From the NCBI GenBank assembly GCA_964409875.1, contig CAYPEN010000005.1, positions 11,569 through 75,568 on the forward strand: a stretch of DNA of 64,000 nucleotides, read 5' to 3'. Positions 41,639 to 50,613 of this stretch are shown here, piece by piece. Source of the stretch: an uncultured Gammaproteobacteria bacterium (GTDB lineage: Bacteria; Patescibacteriota; Microgenomatia; Levybacterales; GWA1-39-11). The notes beneath the pieces are model-generated. The model searched no databases. It saw only the letters and a list, made by a program, of their open reading frames with translations, and was not told the DNA's origin. Both the position numbers and the translations under genes were made by a program. Position 1 is the stretch's first letter; the number at the start of each line of letters is the position of its first letter.

Positions 41639-41959
41639 ATGAGCGTTCAGACAGACATTCTTTTTCAGGGCGCGACACGCCCAACGATGATGTACGGCGT
41701 TCCTATGGACGCGCTAATCATTATCGTTGGCATCGTGATGATCCTTTTTATTGGAATCGGCAATCCGCTGTACATGCTGATTTACCCGCCGCTGCATTTG
41801 ATTGCGATGGCGATATGCGCAAGCGACGCGCGCGCATTTCGCCTGCTGTATTTCGCAATCATCACCAAGGGTGTCTGTTTGAATCGCCACTTTTGGGGGG
41901 CGAGTTCATACAGCCCCGCCAGTGTCAGGGAGAGAAGGAGAGGACATGCGCGCAACTAA
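41639..41959 (+). CDS. virB3: VirB3
   Basis: LFQGATRPTMMYGVP...WGASSYSP. Confidence 0.9.
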   Translation: MSVQTDILFQGATRPTMMYGVPMDALIIIVGIVMILFIGIGNPLYMLIYPPLHLIAMAICASDARAFRLLYFAIITKGVCLNRHFWGASSYSPASVRERRRGHARN

Positions 41960-44387
41960 GGCAGCCCCGGATTCGACTACGATCTTATCCCGCGAGAAAG
42001 CCATCGAAAGTCGCATCCCGTATGCGGCACAACTCGACAAATGGACGGTCAGCACGCTCGGTGGCGATTTGATCCAGGTTTTAAAAGTCGAAGGTATCGC
42101 TCACGAAAGCGCAGACCCCGATGATCTGGATGCGTGGCACAACGGGCTGAATACCTTGTTGTGCAACATCGCCAGCCCGCAGCTGGCGATCTGGTCGCAC
42201 ATCATTCGGCGCGAGGAGCGCGAATACCCGAAGGGAACTCCGCTGGGCAATTTCGCGCGCGCGCTCAATGACAAATACCGGGCACATGTCACCAGCGGCC
42301 GCATGATGGTCAATGAGCTGTATATCTCACTGGTGTACCGACCGAACGCCGGCGTCGCCGGCAAAATCGGATCGCTGTTTCAAAAGAAAAGCACCGAAGG
42401 CATCCGCGAAGCGCAACTCGAAGCTCTTACCGCCCTGGGCGATATCACCGAGCGCGTGCGCCGCGGCCTGCATCGCTACCAGGCGCGCTGTCTTGCTACC
42501 TACGAGCACAACGGCATGTTGTATTCGGAAACCCAGGAGTTCCTGTCGTTTCTGGTCAATGGTGAAGCGCGGCCAGTGCCGGTGTGCCGCAGCCCTATCA
42601 ATGCGGTGCTGGGCGTAGTGCGGCCTTTTTTCAGCACCGAAGCCTTTGAGCTGCGCGGCCCCGCGCGCAGCCAGGTCGGCGCGATTCTCACGCTGAAAGA
42701 GTACATGCCGGAAACCGCGCCGGGCTTGTTCAACACCCTGCTGACCATTCCCTATGCGTTCATCCTGAGCCAGTCGTTTACGTTCATGTCGAAAGGGGTG
42801 GCGCAAGGCCTGCTCACGCGCACGATCGCCAAAATGGTGAATGCCGGCGATTTGGCTGAAAGCCAGATTGAGGATCTGCACCTGGCACTGGATGATCTGA
42901 TCAGCGGCCGTTTCGTCATGGGTGAGCATTATCTGGGATTAACGCTGCTCGCGCAGGACGTGAAGCAACTCAACAAGGCCGTCGCCGATTGTTATGACCT
43001 GCTGACGCCAAGCGGCGGCATCGCCGTGCGCGAAGACGCGGCGATGGAAGCGGCCTATTGGTCGATGCTGCCGGGCGTGTTCAGTTTGCGCCCGCGCCCT
43101 GCGCCGATCACGTCGCGCAATTTCTGCGGATTTTCACCGCTGCACAATTACCCGACCGGCCGGCGCAATGGCAACCAGTGGGGGCCGGCGGTCACGCTGC
43201 TAAAAACCACCAGCGGCTCGCCGTACTATTTCAATTTTCACCTGCCGCTCGACGGCCGCCGCAGCGCCGACCCCGACGACGCTACCCGCGACAGCTCGCA
43301 AAAGGTATTGGGCAACACGATGATCATCGGGCCGTCCGGCTCCGGTAAAACCGCGCTGCAGGCCTTCCTGATCGCGCAGGCCGAGAAATATCAGCCGACC
43401 ACGGTTTTCTTCGACAAAGACCGCGGCGCGGAAATTCTGATTCGCGCACTTAACGGTACATACCTGCCGCTGAAAAATGGCATTCCCACGGGCTTCAATC
43501 CATTTTCACTGCCACCGACCGAGCAGAATCTTTTGTTCGTTGCTGGCTTGATCAAGAAGCTGGCGCTGCTATCGAATCCGGGCAAGCCACTGACCGTGCG
43601 CGAAGCGGCCGAAGTGGAATCCGCCGTCAAAGGCGTTTACGGCTTACCGGAACATATGCGCCGTATCGGTCAGCTGCAAAGTTTTCTCGACGGCACCGAC
43701 CCGGAAGGGCTCGGCGCGCGCTTGAAGAAATGGACACGCGGCCATGCACTCGGCTGGGTATTCGACAACGACACCGACGACCTCGATTTTACGCAAGGCC
43801 GCATTTTCGGTTTCGATCTGACCGACTTTCTCGACAACCCCGAAACGCGAACGCCGATCGTTATGTATGTGTTCTATCGGATGGAGCAGCTGATCGATGG
43901 CCGTCGCTTCTGCTGTTACATCGATGAATTCTGGAAAGCACTGTCGGACGAAGCGTTCGAGGATTTCGCGCAGAACAAAAACAAAACGATTCGCAAGCAA
44001 AATGGCTTGATGGTGTATGGATCACAAAGCCCCCAGGACGCACTTAGCTCGCCCATTTCGCACACATTGCTGGAGCAGTGCGCGACGTTGATCCTGATGC
44101 CGAATCCGAAAGCGCGCGAAAGCGACTACATCGAAGGACTGCATCTGTCGCAGGCTGAATTCGAGCTGATCAAGGAAGGCATGGGCGAAGGCTCGCGCCG
44201 CTTCCTGGTCAAGCAGGGCCAGCAATCCGTTGTGTGCGAGCTGGATTTGAAGGGTTTCGACAAGGAGCTCGCCGTGCTGTCCGGCACTACCGACAAAGTG
44301 GAGCTTCTTTCTCGGATCATCGCCGAGGTTGGCGATGACCCGGATGTATGGCTGCCGATCTTTCACGATCGGAACAACGCGGCGTAA
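41946..44387 (+). CDS. virB4: VirB4 ATPase
   Basis: GPSGSGKT, FDKDRG, IDEFWK, KTIRKQNG. Confidence 0.95.
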   Translation: MRATKAAPDSTTILSREKAIESRIPYAAQLDKWTVSTLGGDLIQVLKVEGIAHESADPDDLDAWHNGLNTLLCNIASPQLAIWSHIIRREEREYPKGTPLGNFARALNDKYRAHVTSGRMMVNELYISLVYRPNAGVAGKIGSLFQKKSTEGIREAQLEALTALGDITERVRRGLHRYQARCLATYEHNGMLYSETQEFLSFLVNGEARPVPVCRSPINAVLGVVRPFFSTEAFELRGPARSQVGAILTLKEYMPETAPGLFNTLLTIPYAFILSQSFTFMSKGVAQGLLTRTIAKMVNAGDLAESQIEDLHLALDDLISGRFVMGEHYLGLTLLAQDVKQLNKAVADCYDLLTPSGGIAVREDAAMEAAYWSMLPGVFSLRPRPAPITSRNFCGFSPLHNYPTGRRNGNQWGPAVTLLKTTSGSPYYFNFHLPLDGRRSADPDDATRDSSQKVLGNTMIIGPSGSGKTALQAFLIAQAEKYQPTTVFFDKDRGAEILIRALNGTYLPLKNGIPTGFNPFSLPPTEQNLLFVAGLIKKLALLSNPGKPLTVREAAEVESAVKGVYGLPEHMRRIGQLQSFLDGTDPEGLGARLKKWTRGHALGWVFDNDTDDLDFTQGRIFGFDLTDFLDNPETRTPIVMYVFYRMEQLIDGRRFCCYIDEFWKALSDEAFEDFAQNKNKTIRKQNGLMVYGSQSPQDALSSPISHTLLEQCATLILMPNPKARESDYIEGLHLSQAEFELIKEGMGEGSRRFLVKQGQQSVVCELDLKGFDKELAVLSGTTDKVELLSRIIAEVGDDPDVWLPIFHDRNNAA

Positions 44388-44411
44388 GCCGCAATTCATA
44401 GGGGACATGAG

Positions 44412-45128
44412 ATGAAAACAACCCGCAAGAAAAACATCTGCGCAGCCGCAGTGGCTGCAACGTTCTTCAGCGTCGCAATGCCACTGCATCACGCCTTTGC
44501 CTCCGGCATCCCCGTACTCGACGTGGCGGGCCTGGTGCAGGCAGTTCAGCAGGTCCAAACCGCCTATGAGCAGCTGACCCAGCTGCAGAACCAACTCAAA
44601 CAAGCAGAGCGAACCTATGAATCGATGACCGGTGCGCGCGGCATGACCGAGCTGCTGAACAATCCCGCAGCGCGGAAGTTCTTGCCGGAAGATATGCAAG
44701 CCATTCTCGAAGCGACCAGCGAGCTGACCGACAAGTACAAGGCGGCAGGGCGGTTACTGAAGAACAATGCCTGGCAAGACGCCGCAATGGAAGCCGCCAA
44801 ACATCTGAGCGATCAGGAAAGCTCCGCCGCCACCGATTTAGCGAACTCTGAAACGACGTACAACCGCGCCGGCGAACGCATTGAGGAGTATCAGGATTTC
44901 GTCGATCAGATCGACGAGAGCACTGATCCGAAAGCCATCCAAGACCTGCAAGCACGCATCCAGTCCGAGCAGGTCTTTCTGCAAAACGAAACCGTGCGCC
45001 TGCAATCAATGCAGCTCGCGCAGCAGGCGAAGCGAGATATGCAGGCAGTTCGTAGCCGCGAACGCCGAATCAATATGACGGGATCACACACAACTGACTA
45101 TTCCGATGTATTCAGCGTGGATGACTAG
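44412..45128 (+). CDS. virB5: VirB5 pilus tip protein
   Basis: Signal peptide, GIPVLD, SMTGARG, DPKAIQDLQARI. Confidence 0.9.
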   Translation: MKTTRKKNICAAAVAATFFSVAMPLHHAFASGIPVLDVAGLVQAVQQVQTAYEQLTQLQNQLKQAERTYESMTGARGMTELLNNPAARKFLPEDMQAILEATSELTDKYKAAGRLLKNNAWQDAAMEAAKHLSDQESSAATDLANSETTYNRAGERIEEYQDFVDQIDESTDPKAIQDLQARIQSEQVFLQNETVRLQSMQLAQQAKRDMQAVRSRERRINMTGSHTTDYSDVFSVDD

Positions 45129-45188
45129 CGACTGCGGCCATTCAGGGCTGTCGTCATTGACGACCAGCATTTTAAGGAGTTTCAGAAT

Positions 45189-45446
45189 ATGAAAATGAAA
45201 TCTGCACTACTAACAATGGGCGTCGCTATTTTGATCGGAGGATGTACCAAATCGGAAGAAACACACGACGTGGCGTATTACCAAAACAATCCCGATGCTT
45301 TGAAAGAAAAGTGGGATCAGTGCACCAATAATCCTGGTGATCTGGAGAAATCAGCAAACTGCATAAATGCAGCGACAGCCAGGCGCGTAAATACAACGCA
45401 AGGACGCACCACAGACTACTCCGATGCGTTCAAAGGTAAGCCATAA
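45189..45446 (+). CDS. eex: Entry exclusion lipoprotein (EexN-like)
   Basis: Lipobox IGGC, DVAYY..N, C.NNPG.L..SANC.NA; between virB5 and virB6. Confidence 0.85.
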   Translation: MKMKSALLTMGVAILIGGCTKSEETHDVAYYQNNPDALKEKWDQCTNNPGDLEKSANCINAATARRVNTTQGRTTDYSDAFKGKP

Positions 45447-45458
45447 CTGGGGATCAAT

Positions 45459-46553
45459 ATGGCCGCACTCACTGCAGAAGAATACCCAATCGTAACCAAT
45501 TTTTTTAACTTCCTGCATAGCTCCATTGAGGGCTATGTCACGGATACGTCAGCGAGCATTGTCGCAGCAATTACGCCTGTTGCATCCGTTTGCGGAATTA
45601 TTGTGATCATGGTTTACGGCATCCTGCTAATGCGCGGTTCTGTCGAGGCTCCGCTCATGGACGCCATATATAGAGGACTAAAATTAATCGTCATTTTAGG
45701 CTTTGCCCTCAATGTCGGAATTTACCAAACATATATCGCTGACTTCTTTTTAAACGCACCATCACATATGGCAGCTGTGATAAGCGGAATTCCCACAGAC
45801 ACTGATATAGGGCAGGAAAACGCTGCACCGATAACAGAGTTTTTGGTGGCGTCTTTTAACCTCGCAGATCGTCTCTGGGCCGAGGCGGATACTTTCGATT
45901 TCGGCAATTACATTATGGGCGGAATCGTTTATGTTCTTGGAACAATTCTAGGCGCTTACGCTGCATTCCTATTCGCGTTGAGTAGCATCGCGGTCGCAGT
46001 TCTATTGGCGGTAGGCCCGATATTCATATTGTTGTCGGTATTCGAGTCGGGGAAGAAATTTCTAGAAATGTGGCTTCAACAAGCCTTTAACTTTGGGTTC
46101 GTCGCTGTGCTAACCGCCGCCTGCCTACGGTTCTTTCTGTCAAATGTCGAATTCATTGCATCCAAAGCAATCGAGAAAGAATCTCCTATCGAAACGTTTG
46201 ATGTAACCACATTTAGCGTGATTTCGTTAATTGGTGTACTGGTACTTCGTCAAGTTATGCCTATTGCTTCCGGACTGGCTGGCGGCATGGCGCTGGCAAC
46301 GCAGGGAGCCTTTGGTGCCGCCGCTGGTGCTATGGGCAGAGCGTTGGGCGCCACTGCCAAACGCTATACCCCGAACAATGTCGCCGAGAGATATAGACGG
46401 AATCAGCGCAACTCAGCAACGTGGCGAAAAATTCGCGGTGAGTGGGGCGACCGCGCTGCAAGCGTAAAAGGTGCGGCACAGAAAGCCACATCTGCAGCAT
46501 CAAACGCATACAAACGTAAATTTGAACCAAACAGAGTTTCCAAAGCAGCGTAG
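45459..46553 (+). CDS. virB6: VirB6
   Basis: Polytopic membrane protein, LLAVGPIFI, QVMPIASGLAGG. Confidence 0.88.
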   Translation: MAALTAEEYPIVTNFFNFLHSSIEGYVTDTSASIVAAITPVASVCGIIVIMVYGILLMRGSVEAPLMDAIYRGLKLIVILGFALNVGIYQTYIADFFLNAPSHMAAVISGIPTDTDIGQENAAPITEFLVASFNLADRLWAEADTFDFGNYIMGGIVYVLGTILGAYAAFLFALSSIAVAVLLAVGPIFILLSVFESGKKFLEMWLQQAFNFGFVAVLTAACLRFFLSNVEFIASKAIEKESPIETFDVTTFSVISLIGVLVLRQVMPIASGLAGGMALATQGAFGAAAGAMGRALGATAKRYTPNNVAERYRRNQRNSATWRKIRGEWGDRAASVKGAAQKATSAASNAYKRKFEPNRVSKAA

Positions 46554-46640
46554 CTAAAAACAGGCATTTGGTGCCGCGGTTGGTTGCGCCCTAAATTTTA
46601 CAAAAGAATACATATTGTTTCGACAAAGGAGGTAATTCTG

Positions 46641-46781
46641 ATGGGAAGGATACTAATCGTTTCACTGCTCGCGGCGCTGTGTGTTGGTTGCGCAGCGCCG
46701 CAACCTGCGACCTGTGATGGCAGCAATCTGCGCCCGATCAATCAACCGCTCGATAAGCCTGCTGAGGAGTCCGCGCAATGA
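46641..46781 (+). CDS. virB7: VirB7 lipoprotein
   Basis: AGGAGG RBS, lipobox VGC, RPIN motif. Confidence 0.75.
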   Translation: MGRILIVSLLAALCVGCAAPQPATCDGSNLRPINQPLDKPAEESAQ

Positions 46782-47482
46782 ATGCAAAGACCGAATCAAA
46801 TTCGTTCTCGAAACTGGAACAGCAGTTTTTCGAAGAAGGCCGCACCTGGGAAACGGATCGCTTAAGGGATGCCATCAGCAGTCGTCGGACCGCATGGATT
46901 GTCGCATCCGCCGCATGCGTAATTGCTGGCCTGTCAGTCATCGCGGTCGTAGGTCTTACACCACTCAAAAAGGTCGAACCTTTTGTCGTGCGCGTGGATA
47001 ACGCAACGGGCGGTGTTGATATCGTGAGCACACTCAAAGACGGCAAAGAGACCTACACCGAAGCAGTCACCAAACACTTCCTGCTGCGGTACGTTTTGGC
47101 GCGCGAGTCGTACAGCCGCCAGGCGGCCAGCTCCAATTACGAATCGGTCGGGCTGATGTCAACGCCGGCCGTCGCAAAGCGCTACTTCGAACAATTCAAT
47201 CCCGAAAATCCGCAAAGTCCGCTGGTTGTCTACGGCAAGTCCACCACAGCTGAACTGAAGATCAAGAGCATCGCCTTCGTCGGGCCGACAATTGCCAATG
47301 TGCGTTATTCGCGGCTCATTTATCGCGTGACCGGGCAAGCCCCGGAAACCACGCAATGGGTCGCAACGATCGGCTTCAAATATTCCTCATCCTCAATGCG
47401 CGAGCGTGATCGGTTGTTGAACCCGTTGGGCTTTCAGGTCACGGAGTACCGCACCGATCCCGACAGCCTGGAGGCCAAGTAA
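46778..47482 (+). CDS. virB8: VirB8
   Basis: LTPLKKVEPFVVRVD, YVLARESY, NPLGFQVTEYR. Confidence 0.93.
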   Translation: MNAKTESNSFSKLEQQFFEEGRTWETDRLRDAISSRRTAWIVASAACVIAGLSVIAVVGLTPLKKVEPFVVRVDNATGGVDIVSTLKDGKETYTEAVTKHFLLRYVLARESYSRQAASSNYESVGLMSTPAVAKRYFEQFNPENPQSPLVVYGKSTTAELKIKSIAFVGPTIANVRYSRLIYRVTGQAPETTQWVATIGFKYSSSSMRERDRLLNPLGFQVTEYRTDPDSLEAK

Positions 47483-48289
47483 ATGAGCCGCACGCTGTTT
47501 GCATTGTTGGTTGGAATCCTGTCGCCATTGCCGGCGCTGGCCCTCGCGCAACCGGAAGCCGGCCCCAAGGACTACCGCGTCAAATACGTCGATTACAACG
47601 CCGATGAAGTGTTTCGGATCAAGGCGTTTTATCAGCGCAATTTGCGTATTGAGTTGGCACCCGGCGAGGTCGTCAAGGACATTGGTATTGGCGATCCGCT
47701 GGCCTGGGATCATGTGCCGTCCGACAACAACATCTTTATCAAGCCGAAGCGCGAAGACGCCACCACAAATATGTCGGTGGTCACGAACCGACATACCTAC
47801 GAATTTGAATTGCATGCGTCAAAGCCGCCCGAAAAAGGCCAGTACGTGGATCTGACGTATGCAATCAAATTTCGCTACCCGGCCGAACAGCAAGCATTGG
47901 CCCTCGCTCAATCCAAGCGCGAAACGGCGGAAGACATGCTGAATATGTCGCCGGAGAAGAATCCCGAGGCCAACTGGAACTATTGGGTACAAGGCTCCGA
48001 AAGCATCAGCCCCGATAAGGCATTTGACGACAAAACGTTTACTTACCTCACGTTCACGCACAACAAGACGATGCCGGCAATTTATGCAGTAGACGAAGCC
48101 GGCTCGGAAGTGTTGGTGAACACGCACGTCGAGGGCGATGTAATCGTCGTTCATACCGTCGCAACCAAGCTGGTGCTTCGCAAAGGCGAACTAGCCGCCT
48201 GCGTATTCAACAAAAGTTACGACTCAAAGGGCGTGAGCAACACCAGCGGCACGATCTCCCCATCAGTCAAGCGCATGATTCGTAAGTGA
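47483..48289 (+). CDS. virB9: VirB9
   Basis: D.RVKYVDY, FIKP, TNMSVVTNRH.Y, FDD.TFTY. Confidence 0.92.
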   Translation: MSRTLFALLVGILSPLPALALAQPEAGPKDYRVKYVDYNADEVFRIKAFYQRNLRIELAPGEVVKDIGIGDPLAWDHVPSDNNIFIKPKREDATTNMSVVTNRHTYEFELHASKPPEKGQYVDLTYAIKFRYPAEQQALALAQSKRETAEDMLNMSPEKNPEANWNYWVQGSESISPDKAFDDKTFTYLTFTHNKTMPAIYAVDEAGSEVLVNTHVEGDVIVVHTVATKLVLRKGELAACVFNKSYDSKGVSNTSGTISPSVKRMIRK

Positions 48290-48296
48290 GGGAAAA

Positions 48297-49556
48297 ATGA
48301 GAACGGATGGAAACCACGATAGCCAGGAATCGGAAATTGACGGCGTAGGAGAAGCACTCGCCGGAGAGCGCACAATTCCGAGTGTCAGCGCGCGCAAGCG
48401 CCCACCCTTTGCCGCGATCGGCGCGGCAACGGTGTTCATCGTTGTTGCAGTGACCATGTTCGTTTACGCCAACAAAGGCGATCCGAAGCAAAAGGCTCAA
48501 GACAAAGCCGTAGCAGCGGCCGAGGAGCGGGATAAGAACAAAAAACTGTCCCAGCATTTGCCAGGCATCGACTTCAAGGCCATTGCAGCAGCAGACGCGG
48601 CGGAACGGCCGGAATCTGTTGTTGCACAATCTGGCGATACATTGCCTGCGACCGCCGACGGCAAGCCGGCGCTCCCAGGCGCGGCGTCGGCCGGCAACGC
48701 TGCATCCAAGGCAAGCGATCGCGACGCCGAACGCCTGGCGCGTGAAGCGGAGAAAGCGCAGCGGGAGGCCGACGAACTGGCAAGAAAGCGGCTCGAAGCC
48801 TCGCCACTGGCGTATTCGCAGAAGGGGAAAGCCTCGGCCGAGGATAAGGCGCTCGCGATGGCGCGCTCACTGAGCGGCGGCACCGGCGGCGTATCGGATG
48901 AATCCGACGATGCGGGTGATGGACTGTCCGTGAAGCTGAAACCCACCAAAGTACAGGGCGCGCGCGCTGGCCTTTTGCCGCACCCGAACTTCATGCTGAC
49001 CAAGGGCCATTTCCTTGAATGCACATTGGAACAGGCCATCAATTCAACGCTCGCCGGCCTGCTGAGTTGCCGCCTGGCGAACGATATCTATTCGACCAAT
49101 GGCAAAGTCTTGCTGATAGAGCGGGGTTCACGCATCACAGGCGAATATCAGCGTGGCCTGATGAAAGGCCAGGCGCGCCTATTCGTGCTCTGGACTCGAA
49201 TTGAAACGCCGCTCGGTGTTGTGGTCGATCTGGATTCGCCGGGTACTGACGCGCTCGGCCGCTCCGGCATCGATGGGTATGTGGACCAGCATTTTGCGCA
49301 ACGCTTTGGCGCGGCAATCTTGTTGAGTCTGATCGATGACGTGGGGCAGTACGCCATCGCGGAAGCTCAAGACGGCAATGCCAACCAGATCAATCTCGGC
49401 GGTACTGCACAAGCGGCGGATGATATGTCCACCATCGCCATGAAGTATTACATCGACATACCACCGACGCTGGAGAAGAACCAGGGCGGGCATGTGTCCA
49501 TTTACGTCGCCCGAGACTTGGATTTTGCCGATGTGTACACGCTTGCACATGAGTGA
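48297..49556 (+). CDS. virB10: VirB10
   Basis: DALGRSG, RFGAAILLS, IPPTL, VARDLDF. Confidence 0.93.
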   Translation: MRTDGNHDSQESEIDGVGEALAGERTIPSVSARKRPPFAAIGAATVFIVVAVTMFVYANKGDPKQKAQDKAVAAAEERDKNKKLSQHLPGIDFKAIAAADAAERPESVVAQSGDTLPATADGKPALPGAASAGNAASKASDRDAERLAREAEKAQREADELARKRLEASPLAYSQKGKASAEDKALAMARSLSGGTGGVSDESDDAGDGLSVKLKPTKVQGARAGLLPHPNFMLTKGHFLECTLEQAINSTLAGLLSCRLANDIYSTNGKVLLIERGSRITGEYQRGLMKGQARLFVLWTRIETPLGVVVDLDSPGTDALGRSGIDGYVDQHFAQRFGAAILLSLIDDVGQYAIAEAQDGNANQINLGGTAQAADDMSTIAMKYYIDIPPTLEKNQGGHVSIYVARDLDFADVYTLAHE

Positions 49557-50613
49557 GGTCAAGGTGGTGACGAACATAGCCGACGCGCAGCACAACAGCG
49601 GCAAAAACGATGCGTCCGCGCTGTTGGAATACCTGGGGCCACTCAAGCCATTTTTCGACGATCCGGCCGTAACCGAGATTTGCGTCAACCGGCCGGGGGA
49701 GGTGTACACCGAATCCCGCGCCGGCTGGCGTCGCTATGATTGCCCCGACGTGACATTTTTTCTGTGCAAACAGCTGGCGCAGCTGACGGCGACATTCAGT
49801 AATCAAAAAATCAATGACGAAAATAACCTGCTCAGTGCGCAACTGCCGCTCGGCGAGCGGGTGCAGTTCGTCGTGCCGTCGGCATGCGAGCCCGGCACGG
49901 TATCGATGACCATTCGCAAACCGTCAAAGCTGGTCAAAACGCTTGAAGAGCTGGAAACAGACGGCGTTTTTGCCGCTGTCCGCGATATCTATTCGAACGA
50001 TTTCTTGCCAGAAGAAAAAGAATTGCTCGCGCTCAAGGAAGCCGGCCGTTACCGCGAATTCATTCAGCTCGCGGTTCAAAGCAAAAAAAACATTGTCATC
50101 AGCGGGGCGACCGGAGCGGGGAAAACCACGCTGATGCGCGCAATGGTCGGCTGCATTCCAGCGCAGGAGCGCTTGGTGACCATCGAAGACGTTCACGAAC
50201 TACCGCTGCCGGGCCATCCGAATCATGTCCACCTTTTTTATTCCAAAGACGGGCAGGGGCTGTCGAAGGCGTCGCCCAAACAATTGCTGGAAAGCTGCCT
50301 GCGCATGAAACCCGACCGGATATTGCTCGCGGAGCTGCGCAGCGATGAAGCCTTTTACTACTTGCGCAACGTGAATAGCGGCCACCCAGGCAGTATCACC
50401 AGCATTCACGCCAACAGCGCAAAACTCGCCATCGAGCAACTGGGATTGCTCGTCAAGGAGTCGGCCGGCGGCTCCAACCTGAGCCGGGACGACATTAAAT
50501 CGCTGCTCTACATGCTGGTCGACGTGGTGGTGCAATTCAAGAATATAGCGGGGCGGCGAGTCATGACGGAGGTCTTCTATGATCCAGCACTTAAAAGAAA
50601 GCACATGGATTAA
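49549..50613 (+). CDS. virB11: VirB11 ATPase
   Basis: GATGAGKTT, LRMKPDRI, SGHPGSITSIHA. Confidence 0.95.
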   Translation: MSEVKVVTNIADAQHNSGKNDASALLEYLGPLKPFFDDPAVTEICVNRPGEVYTESRAGWRRYDCPDVTFFLCKQLAQLTATFSNQKINDENNLLSAQLPLGERVQFVVPSACEPGTVSMTIRKPSKLVKTLEELETDGVFAAVRDIYSNDFLPEEKELLALKEAGRYREFIQLAVQSKKNIVISGATGAGKTTLMRAMVGCIPAQERLVTIEDVHELPLPGHPNHVHLFYSKDGQGLSKASPKQLLESCLRMKPDRILLAELRSDEAFYYLRNVNSGHPGSITSIHANSAKLAIEQLGLLVKESAGGSNLSRDDIKSLLYMLVDVVVQFKNIAGRRVMTEVFYDPALKRKHMD

